From positions 53,887 to 117,886 of IMG/VR virus record IMGVR_UViG_3300002835_000047: a DNA stretch of 64,000 nucleotides. One strand, 5' to 3'. Source of the stretch: a virus. The notes beneath the pieces are model-generated. The model was not told the DNA's origin, searched no databases, and saw only the letters and a list, made by a program, of their open reading frames with translations. How positions within the stretch are numbered: position 1 is the stretch's first letter; each line of letters begins with the position of its first letter. This document shows positions 29,990 through 40,729 of this stretch, piece after piece. The translations under genes were made by a program, and so were the position numbers.

Positions 29990-31993
29990 TTAAAATAGTT
30001 TAAGTTGTTGTGATTTGTAATTAATTATATTTTCTATTTCTGATTCAATTAACTGAAAATAATAGTTTTGATTTATTTTATATAAATCCCATTTTGGTTT
30101 AATTTCTATTTTGTTAAATAGTACTTGCATCCATTGACCGGCTTCTAATTGTATTTCTCTACCATCTTCTTTATTTATCTTGGTTATTTTACAAGATTCT
30201 AGGTGGTCACTTTTAGAAATATAATATCTATTAATCTTTTGAATTTCTTTTTCAAAATAAGAGTTATCTTTTACAAATCGTGCAACTTGTTTCCACTGTC
30301 CTTTAGACTTTTTTCCTATACAGTAGTCCAAAATATTTTTATTACTTTCCAAGTAATCATTAGGTAAAATATTATGTATAAAATAATAGTATATAGCTTT
30401 ACGTACAATTAGTGTTGATTTGTTTTTATGGAGCGCTAAGTTATGAAAATCAAACCTACCTGTTAATTTACAAGGAGCATACATATATTTAGAGTCTTCA
30501 ACTTTAAATAAATAATGCGGAAATTCTTTTTTTAGTTTTCCCCATTCATATAAATCAATCTCTTTGTAATTATTTAAAGCAATATAATTATTTACATCAC
30601 TCAAAATAAGTGTTTGATATTCATTATGTTCTAATTTAAGATTCGTTATTTGTTCCCATTTATGACATATTTCCATATATTTTTCATAATATATTCTAGG
30701 AATTTTAGTTTCTATACCATCTGTATTTTGCATTAATGCTTGTGCCTCAGGAATATTTTCCATAATCATTTCATAGAGCATCATAAGATTAAGCTGCCCG
30801 TTAACTGTTACTTTCATAGTAAACTCCGGATCATAAAAGAAACTGTCTTTTTCATTACTTAAACCAAATGTAGAATTTAGAACGATTTTGAAAACATAGT
30901 TCATAATATCCTTTTTTGGAATTTTAACTCTTTCATTAAAAAACCATTCATATTGATCACAAAACTCTTTTGTAGGAAAGTGCCCTGGAGCCCAAGAATT
31001 CTTAATTGCTAAATTAGGATAAAAGCTTATTACATCAGACGTTATAATTACATAATCTTTATCTGATTTATATACACCTGATTTATTTGCAGCATGTACA
31101 CCACCTAAGCCAAAATGAGTGGTTACATTTTTGTATTTCATTGAATATTTAAAACTGCCTTTTAGATTATCAGCCTTTACTTCTATTGTTTTAAATTTAT
31201 CTAAAAGGGACTTAAACTCTTTTGACTCAAATTGTATATAGTTTAAAATTAAATCTGATAGTTTGATAGTAGTTCTATAACTACGCATCTTTTTAATATC
31301 CTTTTTAGGAATATTTAGTTTTTGAGATAAGTAGTATAAAAAAATTTCTTTACTTATTCTAGGCTCTGATGCGCTAAATAAGTTAACATCATATTTTTTA
31401 CTTAAATCTTTTCTTAATTTTATTTGAGATTGAGATTGGTTGTAAATTTCTTTAGTTGATAAAACGTCATTTGCACAATAATCAATAATTGTATTTATTT
31501 CTGTTTCAGTTGTAATTATAGTTTCATGGTGAATGGGCATTTCTAAAATATTATCCCAATCCATACTATACTGTATCCATTTTAAACTAGATAGTTTTTG
31601 AGGATTATCCCAGTGATTCATTTTAAATAGGTCAATTTGACCTATTTTCATTTTAAAGGGTGCATAATCTTGAAACTCTTTGTTGTCGTTTTTATTAATG
31701 CATTTTGCAGCATAAAGATGAATTATTTCAGCTATTTCGCAACCGGTTAAATTTTGCCATAGCTTATAATTATCTAAAATATAATGTGTGATTTGGCTGT
31801 CAAAGGCCAGACCATTATATGATATATGCCATTCTTTATTTTCTTTATTCTTTATTATAAAATTAACAAAGTTTTCAAATTCATTTCTGAGATCATGAAC
31901 AACAAAAACTTTTCTTTCAGAATTTTTATAGTGCTCAAAAACTGCAACAAAACAGTTTTTCAGCGTTTCGTAGTCCATTACCCAATGATTCAT
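29990..31993 (-). CDS. polB: DNA polymerase family B (crAss-like)
   Basis: Exo motifs DYE and YNGLAFD, YCANDV; polymerase motifs SDVISFYPN, KIVLNSTFG, NTDGI. Confidence 0.92.
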   Translation of the reverse strand: MNHWVMDYETLKNCFVAVFEHYKNSERKVFVVHDLRNEFENFVNFIIKNKENKEWHISYNGLAFDSQITHYILDNYKLWQNLTGCEIAEIIHLYAAKCINKNDNKEFQDYAPFKMKIGQIDLFKMNHWDNPQKLSSLKWIQYSMDWDNILEMPIHHETIITTETEINTIIDYCANDVLSTKEIYNQSQSQIKLRKDLSKKYDVNLFSASEPRISKEIFLYYLSQKLNIPKKDIKKMRSYRTTIKLSDLILNYIQFESKEFKSLLDKFKTIEVKADNLKGSFKYSMKYKNVTTHFGLGGVHAANKSGVYKSDKDYVIITSDVISFYPNLAIKNSWAPGHFPTKEFCDQYEWFFNERVKIPKKDIMNYVFKIVLNSTFGLSNEKDSFFYDPEFTMKVTVNGQLNLMMLYEMIMENIPEAQALMQNTDGIETKIPRIYYEKYMEICHKWEQITNLKLEHNEYQTLILSDVNNYIALNNYKEIDLYEWGKLKKEFPHYLFKVEDSKYMYAPCKLTGRFDFHNLALHKNKSTLIVRKAIYYYFIHNILPNDYLESNKNILDYCIGKKSKGQWKQVARFVKDNSYFEKEIQKINRYYISKSDHLESCKITKINKEDGREIQLEAGQWMQVLFNKIEIKPKWDLYKINQNYYFQLIESEIENIINYKSQQLKLF

Positions 31994-31996
31994 CCA

Positions 31997-32383
31997 TTAC
32001 TTTTTATATATTTCTTTTATGTGACTATCTATTGGAATTGGATCACCATTTTCATCAATTCGTACAAACTTAATATTTGTTGATAATATTACAGTTTGCG
32101 CACCAGAATATATATTATGAGCCCTAGCTTCCATATAAAAAGTCATACTTGTATTTCCAACTTCTTTTACATCTCCATAAATTTTAATTAATTGACCTTC
32201 TTTTGCAGATCTTTTAAAAATGCATTTGTCAATCATTACGGTTACCATTCTAGGTGTATTACATATTTCCATAGCAAATGCAGCGGCGGCAGAGTCTAGC
32301 CAAGCTAGCAACTTGCCGCCGAATAAATTTGCATGAAAACCTAAATCAGACTTTTTAACCGGATGAGTGGTTATCAAGTTCAT
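31997..32383 (-). CDS. Acyl-CoA thioesterase (hotdog fold, YciA-like)
   Basis: DLGFHANLFGGKLLAWLD, VGNTSM, FVRIDENGDP. Confidence 0.85.
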   Translation of the reverse strand: MNLITTHPVKKSDLGFHANLFGGKLLAWLDSAAAAFAMEICNTPRMVTVMIDKCIFKRSAKEGQLIKIYGDVKEVGNTSMTFYMEARAHNIYSGAQTVILSTNIKFVRIDENGDPIPIDSHIKEIYKK

Positions 32384-32385
32384 AA

Positions 32386-32805
32386 CTAAATTTCTAGGTT
32401 GCTCTTTAATTTAGTTTCATTTACATCTACAAAGTAACGTGAAATATCAAAATCTTCACTGTTCACAGCAAACAAATATACAAACTGTACAATTTCATCT
32501 TTTTCTTTAATATAAATTTCAGAAAAAGTTTCAATTTGTAATCTTTGCTCTTTAACAACTTTGCCGGTTTCTGAATTTGGAAACTTTAATTTCATTGGCT
32601 GTCCTTCATCATCTAATCTAGGAACCATATGTAAAGCTTCTTTTTTTACTTTACTTATTACAGCTAGAACACCTGATGATGGATCATACATTGCTTCAAC
32701 ATAAGGACAATCCAAAGTTAAGGGAATTAAACTAAAAGAGTTTAAACCCCTAAATGCTGTACTAATAAGCATCATATTTTTTCCAAATGTGGCTTTTTCT
32801 TTCAT
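32386..32805 (-). CDS. Hypothetical protein
   Basis: ORF track; preceded by a TATATTTG Bacteroidota -7-like element (32823-32830, minus). Confidence 0.7.
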   Translation of the reverse strand: MKEKATFGKNMMLISTAFRGLNSFSLIPLTLDCPYVEAMYDPSSGVLAVISKVKKEALHMVPRLDDEGQPMKLKFPNSETGKVVKEQRLQIETFSEIYIKEKDEIVQFVYLFAVNSEDFDISRYFVDVNETKLKSNLEI

Positions 32806-32838
32806 TGTGTGTGTTTTTTTTACAAATATATAGAAATA

Positions 32839-33390
32839 TTATAGTTTAATTTCTTTTTCTTGTAAAATTTTTTCTTTAAAACATTCTTTTTCAAAATCAG
32901 GCTTACTGCAGATTTCATGTACCTCTCTAATTAGCTTAATATCAACTCCTAAGTTTTCTGCATACATTTCATGATAGTTACCTGGATCTAAAAAACTTTT
33001 AATATACTCTGAAATTTTACCATAGTCTGCAAAATAATTTAAAATTATTTCTTTGGATTTCATAGACATTTTAGAATAATGACCATTGACAAATTGATTA
33101 AAATCATATCTATAACTTTTAAAGTTAAAAATATAGACTTGCTTATCAACTAAATTATAATAAGATTCTAATAAATTATGGTTTTTCAAATACTTTGTTT
33201 CAAAGTTTTTAAAATCTAAAGTCATTTCACATTTATATACACATATAAACTTATAATCTGAAATTTGTATGAATTCGTCCCAGCAGATAAATGTATCTGC
33301 CGGAACAAACTCAATGCTTTTCTTAAACTTTAATAAAGGATAAAGAAAAACTTTACTTTTTTGAAAATAAGATGTATATATAATGTTCAT
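32839..33390 (-). CDS. Hypothetical protein
   Basis: ORF track; YFQKSKVFLYPLL N-terminus. Confidence 0.7.
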   Translation of the reverse strand: MNIIYTSYFQKSKVFLYPLLKFKKSIEFVPADTFICWDEFIQISDYKFICVYKCEMTLDFKNFETKYLKNHNLLESYYNLVDKQVYIFNFKSYRYDFNQFVNGHYSKMSMKSKEIILNYFADYGKISEYIKSFLDPGNYHEMYAENLGVDIKLIREVHEICSKPDFEKECFKEKILQEKEIKL

Positions 33391-33391
33391 A

Positions 33392-34396
33392 TTATAATTT
33401 AACTTTACTTATTAAGTATTTGTAAGGTAAAGTATAATTATTATTATCGTAATGATATGATGCAACATTTTTAATTATATTATTTAGATTATCTGTCCAA
33501 GTGACGTTAAGTGTAGAATGATCAACTTCAAATGGATATATTTGATTATACTTATCGATAACTACAAATATAAATATGACTTTATAATTTTGCTTTTCTT
33601 TAGGTAAATTTTCATATACTAACTTATTATATATTGCGGCCTGGAGTCCATAGTTATAATAATTTACGGATTCTGGAAAATCATCAATTGTTTTACTTGT
33701 AGTTTTTAAATCTAAAATTGTAACTGTTTTTGTACTATCATCAATTTTGTAAAAATCAACATAACCTTTTAAACCAAAATTAACATGTTTTAAATCACAT
33801 TCTAAATATTTTTCCTTAAATGTTTCTATAGAATCTAAAGGGAAATCTGTTTGTGCTTCGCCTATCAGACTTTTAATTTCCTCATTACTCTTTATAAGTT
33901 CAACTTGTTCTTGACATTTAGTTAGTGTTTCTTGATCTAATACATCTACTTTAGGATTATTAATAAATTTCCAGTATTCTAAATTTTCTTTAGATTGAAT
34001 TTTAGATAATCTTGCAGAATCTTCATTAAGCGATTGATATAAATTTTCTTCTTTTAATATCCTTAATATTGGCTCTTCAAGTTCTTTATCCATAAGGTCA
34101 ATCTCGTTGCTCTCATGCTGCATTAACAATGAATTTGCCAGTTTTTGCATGATTTTTCGTACATTATCAGTGGGTAATTTACCCGGAATAACTTTAAATT
34201 TTTTATTTAAATTTTCCGGTTCAAACAATAAACAGTGCAAGACTTTACCTTCAATTAAATGCTTGTCTAATCTCTCTTGTTTTTGTTTAAGTATATAGTC
34301 CTTATAAAATAAAGAAGGACAAAATAAAAGTTTATTTAAGGATGAATAACTAAACTTAAATGGATTTGCGTAAAATTCTTTTTCTTCGTTGGTCAT
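33392..34396 (-). CDS. PD-(D/E)xK exonuclease
   Basis: FSYSSL, GKVLH, KGYVD, ILDLKT, YGLQAAIY. Confidence 0.85.
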   Translation of the reverse strand: MTNEEKEFYANPFKFSYSSLNKLLFCPSLFYKDYILKQKQERLDKHLIEGKVLHCLLFEPENLNKKFKVIPGKLPTDNVRKIMQKLANSLLMQHESNEIDLMDKELEEPILRILKEENLYQSLNEDSARLSKIQSKENLEYWKFINNPKVDVLDQETLTKCQEQVELIKSNEEIKSLIGEAQTDFPLDSIETFKEKYLECDLKHVNFGLKGYVDFYKIDDSTKTVTILDLKTTSKTIDDFPESVNYYNYGLQAAIYNKLVYENLPKEKQNYKVIFIFVVIDKYNQIYPFEVDHSTLNVTWTDNLNNIIKNVASYHYDNNNYTLPYKYLISKVKL

Positions 34397-35517
34397 GGGA
34401 TTCTATTGATTAATTCATTTTTAATATTAGACTTTAACTTTACATTTTCAATTGTAAATTCAAAAACTGATTCATCAAAACCTACAGACTTTTGCATAAA
34501 CCTCAATACTTTTTCAGATGTGATTTTAAAAGCAAATTCTGTTAGTTTCTTATCTTCACTTAGCGCTTGTAAGAAATTTGAAAACATAGTTAACCGAGAA
34601 TACTCATTCGCTCTTACATATTTAGAAAAATGAGCTCTTAAAGTTTTTACATTTATACTATTCCAGATATCAGAATTAAGTTTAAAATGATTACTGTGTG
34701 ACCATAATAAAGCAGCAACTATATCAAAAGATTTTTCATAATTACAATTAGCTAAAACTGATAATATCATATTTGTATCTGGAATTGATACATTATTATT
34801 TTCCAATAAATCATTAAAATAATTATAATTATCTTCTGTTAAAGTTATAGCACTTTCATTTGCAAATTTTATAAGATCTTTATCTAATAATAACTTATTA
34901 CAATTTATTAAATCATTATACGTGTCATAATCACTTAATTTAAAAATGTGTGTTCTAAAATATTCAGTTTTTTCTAAATTTAGTAACTCAGATATGTTTT
35001 CAGTCGTTTGATTACTAAAATGTACTTTAAATGATACACCAATTTCAAATTGTGAATTTTTACTTTGCTCATTTAAAAAATTAATTACCTCGTCAAAAGT
35101 TTCATTTAAACGATACTTAGATTTTTTAAATTTATCTAAATTTTTTATAAATTCAGATAATGTAAGCCAACTGCAATGAACACCTGTAAATAATTTAGAA
35201 ACTGTATCTGGAGATATAATAACATATTTAGATTTATTAAGATCTCGTGTTACTGATAAATTATAATCTTTTTTAAGTATTTCTACTTTATCTCTAGGTA
35301 ATTTAATATCAGAAGTTCTATAAATTACAGCATCTTTTATATCTGAATTTGTAATATCCAAGGTTTTGATATCTAAAGCCTCATCTAATGAATAACCTTT
35401 ATTTAAAATAGCATAAGTATAAGGATCAGTTTCATTCAAAATACGCAATGAAAGCGTTCCCAGTGTAGAACTAATAGCGGTTGAATAAAATTTTAAAATT
35501 TTTATTTTGTTTTTCAT
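34393..35517 (-). CDS. Hypothetical protein, distant paralog of 35514-36518 (BRCT-like segment)
   Basis: IKLPRDKV...SVTRDLNKSKYVII, with a helical C-terminus. Confidence 0.6.
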   Translation of the reverse strand: MKNKIKILKFYSTAISSTLGTLSLRILNETDPYTYAILNKGYSLDEALDIKTLDITNSDIKDAVIYRTSDIKLPRDKVEILKKDYNLSVTRDLNKSKYVIISPDTVSKLFTGVHCSWLTLSEFIKNLDKFKKSKYRLNETFDEVINFLNEQSKNSQFEIGVSFKVHFSNQTTENISELLNLEKTEYFRTHIFKLSDYDTYNDLINCNKLLLDKDLIKFANESAITLTEDNYNYFNDLLENNNVSIPDTNMILSVLANCNYEKSFDIVAALLWSHSNHFKLNSDIWNSINVKTLRAHFSKYVRANEYSRLTMFSNFLQALSEDKKLTEFAFKITSEKVLRFMQKSVGFDESVFEFTIENVKLKSNIKNELINRIP

Positions 35518-36518
35518 AAATTTAAATATTCAGGTTTAATTGAAACTGTAAAATTGTAAATCTCACGATTTGTAATGCGTATTTCTTTCCTGGCAACTTT
35601 TTCCAAGTAAATAAAAGCTTCAGAGTTTAAATCATTATTTTTTTTTAATTCTTCTATAAATTCTCCAGGATACAAATGCTTATAGTCATATTTATTATTA
35701 TCAATCCAAAATTGTACATCTTTGTTTCTAGTAAATTTATATCTTATATCAGTATCACAAGTTCTGTAAAGCGCCCATAAAAAATGATAATTTTTAGATT
35801 GATCAATTGTAGGAATTATTTTACCGGCAATTTCTAAATCATCTGTGTTAGAACTAGAAATCATACCTTTTAAAAGATCCAAAAGTTTTTCATCTAAAGC
35901 TACTAGATTAGTTGAGTTATTTAAAATTGAATTAATATTTAAAACATCTTGTACAACATTAGTATCAATAAGGTATGCAATTTCTATTGCTTTACTTTTA
36001 ACAAGAAACACTTGGGCATACCAGGTTTTAGTATAACCAAAATTGTTTGCTTTTCTAACAACCCAATCGTGCTTAGAACAAAGTAAACTTTTAGCTTTAT
36101 TATTATACTTATAAGAAAAAGCAGAAAATGCATTACCTTTTATAAATAATGATGTTATATTAGGTATAGTTTTACCATGAAACTCAAATTCTAAATTATC
36201 ATGTGTGATGATAAAATCAGAGGTCAAATGATTATTTGACAGTTTGAGTTTTTTATTTTTAATTTCATGTTTTACTCTATCTAATGAAACAGGGCATCTA
36301 TTTAATAAATAACCAGATTTTAAGTTTGACATTCCATTAGTTATTTTGTCTTTACTTAAAATATTATAAATACGATCATAGTCGTATTCATTTAAAATTA
36401 TATAAGGCTCACTTGTATCCATTGTATTAGAAGGCACCTCCATATAGGAGGCACCTTCTAAATTAAAATGGGCTAAAGCATTAAGATTAAATCCTTCATC
36501 GTTTTTAGTTAAGCTCAT
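35514..36518 (-). CDS. Hypothetical protein, distant paralog of 34393-35517 (BRCT-like segment)
   Basis: VSLDRVK...KLSNNHLTSDFIIT, with a helical C-terminus. Confidence 0.6.
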   Translation of the reverse strand: MSLTKNDEGFNLNALAHFNLEGASYMEVPSNTMDTSEPYIILNEYDYDRIYNILSKDKITNGMSNLKSGYLLNRCPVSLDRVKHEIKNKKLKLSNNHLTSDFIITHDNLEFEFHGKTIPNITSLFIKGNAFSAFSYKYNNKAKSLLCSKHDWVVRKANNFGYTKTWYAQVFLVKSKAIEIAYLIDTNVVQDVLNINSILNNSTNLVALDEKLLDLLKGMISSSNTDDLEIAGKIIPTIDQSKNYHFLWALYRTCDTDIRYKFTRNKDVQFWIDNNKYDYKHLYPGEFIEELKKNNDLNSEAFIYLEKVARKEIRITNREIYNFTVSIKPEYLNL

Positions 36519-36521
36519 AGT

Positions 36522-37793
36522 TTAAATCATTGTCATTTTCATAATCTCAGAATCCATCATCATTTTATTAAATTTCTGTTTGTTACCGTTAAAGATTGTT
36601 CTTACAATTAGATATTTCAAATCATTTGTAAAATAATCTTTAGTAGATAATGCAATCAAACGGTCAATTATCTTTTGTGTAACAACATTTTCTTTTGCAT
36701 AAACAAGTGCGTAATTACACAATCTTGTAGCTAAAGTAGAAGCAATATCTGCTCTATAAGTAGTATTTTTTCCAATACAACCAGAAAGAGCTCCTAAAAT
36801 ATAACTTTCATTTTCATTAAGTAATAAATCTTTAGGTGAAACAAGTTTGTCCAATTTATTATTAATAAATATAGTAAACATGCTTGCAAAAGTATCTCCG
36901 ACTGAACCTTCACCTATCATTTGAATAAGAGAAAGATTATCATCAAAAGATTCAATACTTGAAATTGAATTAAAAAATGTAGTAATAGATCTAGCATTTG
37001 TTTCTGTAGTAACTAACTCCGGATGCAAAAGCAAAAAGTTAATACAACGTGAATCAATACCTGCATCTTCAGCCCAACGTGCCCATACATTTATATCAAA
37101 CTTTAAGTTTGCTGTAATGTAGCGTGTCTTTTGTGCATTATCGATGGAATTTACCATGTAATCCCCGTTATCCGGATTAGATGTCAAAATGATATGCCAA
37201 TCTTTAGGTAGAGACCATGAAATATAAGTTTGCCTATCTATCAATTCCATTACAGCTTGAATAAATCTTATATCCGCACGGTTCCAGTCATCAAGAAGTA
37301 AAATACCACCTTCTTTTTTATCAGCAATCCATTCCGGTGCACAATATGACATTCTGTTCTTACCGGTCATTTTATATCCATTTTTAAGATATTCAGTTAC
37401 GGCAAGTTCATCAACCCAAACACCCACTTTTTTTACTACTGTAGGTGAATTAAGTTGACTTATATTATTTGCTGCAGCAGATTTTTGGGCCGAGGTAAAG
37501 TTAACTGTATTGTCATCAGCTTGTACTTGTTTTTCTATATACATTTGAAACTGCCTTACCGGAAAACCAACCAAGTCACCAAGTTCCTCAATTTGAGCAA
37601 GATTTAGCTTAACAAAATTCAGTTGCTTTTCAGCTGCTATTTCAACAATAGTAGATGTTTTGCCAATACCCGATTCACCCATTACTTCAATAGCAACAGA
37701 AGGTTTTTTATTAGATTGCAAAAATCTATTATTTTCAATAATATGATTGACAAAATTTTTTAGTTCATCAATGTTTAGATTTACTTGTGCCAT
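36522..37793 (-). CDS. MoxR-like AAA+ ATPase
   Basis: GESGIGKT Walker A, LLLDDWNR Walker B, ILTSN sensor. Confidence 0.85.
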   Translation of the reverse strand: MAQVNLNIDELKNFVNHIIENNRFLQSNKKPSVAIEVMGESGIGKTSTIVEIAAEKQLNFVKLNLAQIEELGDLVGFPVRQFQMYIEKQVQADDNTVNFTSAQKSAAANNISQLNSPTVVKKVGVWVDELAVTEYLKNGYKMTGKNRMSYCAPEWIADKKEGGILLLDDWNRADIRFIQAVMELIDRQTYISWSLPKDWHIILTSNPDNGDYMVNSIDNAQKTRYITANLKFDINVWARWAEDAGIDSRCINFLLLHPELVTTETNARSITTFFNSISSIESFDDNLSLIQMIGEGSVGDTFASMFTIFINNKLDKLVSPKDLLLNENESYILGALSGCIGKNTTYRADIASTLATRLCNYALVYAKENVVTQKIIDRLIALSTKDYFTNDLKYLIVRTIFNGNKQKFNKMMMDSEIMKMTMI

Positions 37794-37802
37794 TTTTTTT
37801 GT

Positions 37803-38978
37803 TTAGTTTAGTTTAATTGTTTTACCTGGTAGATCATAAGTAATTGTTGAAATACTACTTAGTACCCATAATGTATTATTTGGACAATTTACAGGTGCAC
37901 TACATTCACCATCTGTCAAATATATAAGAGCTGTATATTTAGATTTATTACTGTTAAAGTGATCAATTACAGGTTGAAAACTTGTTCCACCACGACCTTT
38001 TATAGTTAAATCTTTTTTTGGATTAAAAACTTCTACAGAATTTAGATTTGTATCACACTGAGCAACTGTAATAACATGACCTGTTTTATGCATATGAACC
38101 AATTCTTTTGTAAATTCTTTTAATTCATCTGTACTTACAGATCCAGAAGTATCTATTCCAACTAAAATATTGTTTTTATGTTTAATTTTTAAGCCTGGAT
38201 TTTCAATATAACGTTTGTTAAATTTTCTTTTTAATTTTTTCGTATATACAATAACAGACTTACCAACAAATCTCCTGAGATACCCACGCCAATCAAATTT
38301 TGGTGGATCAATTGTATTAATCTTATCTATAATTTCCGATAGTTCTCCAGGAATTATACCTTGTTTTTTAAGTATATTGTCTGAAGTTTCTTTTAACTGG
38401 TGATCAATTTGCTTTTTTATTAGTTTCTTTTCAGAATCAGATAAATTTTCAAACTCATCCCAAGTTTTATGACTATACATACTATCACCTTCCATCTGAC
38501 TTAAAATATTATTTAAAGTCTCTGATGTTCCATCTTGTTTTGCTTGCTGAAGGAGATCGTAGTAAATTTTTGTACCGGCTTTTACAGGTAATTTTAAATC
38601 CGAGAATGTACTTAAAGTTAAACCACCAGTTGGTAAATAACTTTCATCAATATATTGATTTATTTCTAAATCTGCGGCAATATTAAAAAGATCTTTATCA
38701 TTAAATGAATCTCTTAATATAAGATGTCCAAATGCAATATGCAGTAACTCATGTTTTAATAAACCATGCGTATGGTCATCAGATAAACCATTAACAAATG
38801 TTGGATTTATTGAAAGTTGTACACCTATTCCATTTTTACTAACACCTGCAGTTGGTATATCTTCCCTATATGTTTTGTTTAATCCAATTAAAAATAAACC
38901 ATAAAAGGGCTCTGTGAATATTAAATTTTTTGATATTTTTGATATTCTATCAGAAATTTTATTGAGGTTATTACTCAT
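37803..38978 (-). CDS. Metallopeptidase-vWA fusion (DUF2201-like)
   Basis: HELLH zincin motif, NIAADLEIN; MIDAS DTSGS, GRGGT, YLTDG. Confidence 0.85.
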   Translation of the reverse strand: MSNNLNKISDRISKISKNLIFTEPFYGLFLIGLNKTYREDIPTAGVSKNGIGVQLSINPTFVNGLSDDHTHGLLKHELLHIAFGHLILRDSFNDKDLFNIAADLEINQYIDESYLPTGGLTLSTFSDLKLPVKAGTKIYYDLLQQAKQDGTSETLNNILSQMEGDSMYSHKTWDEFENLSDSEKKLIKKQIDHQLKETSDNILKKQGIIPGELSEIIDKINTIDPPKFDWRGYLRRFVGKSVIVYTKKLKRKFNKRYIENPGLKIKHKNNILVGIDTSGSVSTDELKEFTKELVHMHKTGHVITVAQCDTNLNSVEVFNPKKDLTIKGRGGTSFQPVIDHFNSNKSKYTALIYLTDGECSAPVNCPNNTLWVLSSISTITYDLPGKTIKLN

Positions 38979-38989
38979 AAATTTTAATA

Positions 38990-39325
38990 TTATTTGTTAT
39001 TTTGATATTTCAATTGTTTATCATAAATATTAATAACCGTATATTTAAAATATTTTAGTAAATTAGGATTTGTAGAACCCAGATTTTTTAATTTTATTTT
39101 TGAATTAAGATTATTTAAATCTAAACCTTCTTTATCAAGATTGAAATGTTCTCTAAATTCTACTTTTTTTGGAATAGAGTTAATATTTTTATAAAGTAAT
39201 TCACAAAAAACACGAGATACTTTTAGATTTTCTATATTTGATACTGCAATTGAAAAATCATCATTATCCGCGTTAAGCATTGTAGTTAATGTTAAAAGCG
39301 TTTGGTAATCTAAACTATCATTCAT
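38990..39325 (-). CDS. Hypothetical protein
   Basis: ORF track. Confidence 0.6.
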   Translation of the reverse strand: MNDSLDYQTLLTLTTMLNADNDDFSIAVSNIENLKVSRVFCELLYKNINSIPKKVEFREHFNLDKEGLDLNNLNSKIKLKNLGSTNPNLLKYFKYTVINIYDKQLKYQNNK

Positions 39326-39708
39326 TTTACTTTAGGTTTTTTTTTAGGATTTATTTCAATTATTACACCCGGTTTTGTTTTATTATACTGATAATCAAAA
39401 AATACAGGTTTAATTAAATCAGCGTTATCATCAGGAATCCAACCATAAGTAACCATATCATCTTGCACAGTTTGAGCAGGATTGATATAATCAAATTTAT
39501 GTCTGGTGCCTCTAATAAAGGTTAGTCCTATTTCTATAGGTAAATCATGTTTTGCCAATTCAGCCTTAAACTTTTCAGCATATTCCAAATAATATTTTTT
39601 TGAATATTTTCTGTAATTGACAACTGTTTTACTTGCAATAAAATATTTACCTGTCCAACGCCTTCCATTTTTAGAAGAAGGTACGTTACCTGGTATAAAA
39701 AATTTCAT
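39322..39708 (-). CDS. RusA-like Holliday junction resolvase
   Basis: GNVPSSKN, DYINPAQTVQD, WIPDDN. Confidence 0.75.
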   Translation of the reverse strand: MKFFIPGNVPSSKNGRRWTGKYFIASKTVVNYRKYSKKYYLEYAEKFKAELAKHDLPIEIGLTFIRGTRHKFDYINPAQTVQDDMVTYGWIPDDNADLIKPVFFDYQYNKTKPGVIIEINPKKKPKVK

Positions 39709-40673
39709 TCTTTTTTCAATATGGTTTTTAAAGTTGTTGTTAATATAGTTTTTGTTTTGTCATAACCAAATTCTTTTAAAGAATCTGATATATCCTTACT
39801 CATTTCAAGAAAAGTACCATCAATATTATAAACATCTCTATATTTTTGAATAGCATTTAAACCTGCTTTATCATTATCAAAAAGAGTTATAATTTTTTTG
39901 TACTTAATCATTAAATTTTCAATTATATAGGCTTTAATTAGTGTATTTTCACTGTCCGGCGCTATAACATCTAAATTATAACCAAAACTTCTGAGACACA
40001 TTGCATCTTTTAGCGAAGAGCAAATGACTAAGTAAGGATGATTATAGTCTAGTTGATCTAAACCTTGTATGTAAGGTTTAATCTTCAGAAATTTATTTTT
40101 CTTAAACGGCTGATATATCTTGTATGCCTCATTAGAACTATCGCAATAAGCATAAATATATTCAGTTTGGATGTTTATTTTAGTATTTGTATCTCTACAA
40201 ATTTCAAAATCCAATACTGGTTTTACATTATATTTTTCGAGTAAAGTTTTTCCAATTCTGTAAGAAAGCCAATATTTTGCATCATTTGTATTCCAATCTC
40301 TAAACTTTATATTTGTTACTTGCCATTTAGAGTCAAAATTTAATTCATAGTTTGTAATAGTATTGTTTTTACCAAAACTATTGTAATCATTTACAATTTT
40401 ATTACAGGCATTTGAATAATCAATATCAAACATTTCCATGACCAGTGTAATCTTGTCACCATATTTTCCGGATGAAAAGTCTTTAAAATAGTATTGGTTT
40501 TCTTTTTTATTTACATAAATGCAAAAACTTGGTGTTTTTTCTAAAGGATTCCAAATAGATTTAAGTTTTACAGATTGACCTTTAAGATCTTCCTCTAAAT
40601 TTAAATAATATTTAAAAGCCCAGTAACTTGGTACTTGATTTATTTCAAAAATAATGTTTTTTGTACTATACAT
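39705..40673 (-). CDS. DNA primase (Toprim)
   Basis: FKDFSSG..GD; Toprim SSLKD and FDNDKAG; KDISD. Confidence 0.85.
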   Translation of the reverse strand: MYSTKNIIFEINQVPSYWAFKYYLNLEEDLKGQSVKLKSIWNPLEKTPSFCIYVNKKENQYYFKDFSSGKYGDKITLVMEMFDIDYSNACNKIVNDYNSFGKNNTITNYELNFDSKWQVTNIKFRDWNTNDAKYWLSYRIGKTLLEKYNVKPVLDFEICRDTNTKINIQTEYIYAYCDSSNEAYKIYQPFKKNKFLKIKPYIQGLDQLDYNHPYLVICSSLKDAMCLRSFGYNLDVIAPDSENTLIKAYIIENLMIKYKKIITLFDNDKAGLNAIQKYRDVYNIDGTFLEMSKDISDSLKEFGYDKTKTILTTTLKTILKKE

Positions 40674-40679
40674 AAAATT

Positions 40680-40709
40680 AAAAAGAGCAGGCTATTAACC
40701 TGCTCTTTT
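40680..40709. terminator. Bidirectional rho-independent terminator
   Basis: AAAAGAGCAGG-CTATTAA-CCTGCTCTTTT. Confidence 0.8.
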
Positions 40710-40729
40710 ACATTTTTAAATATTAAAAA

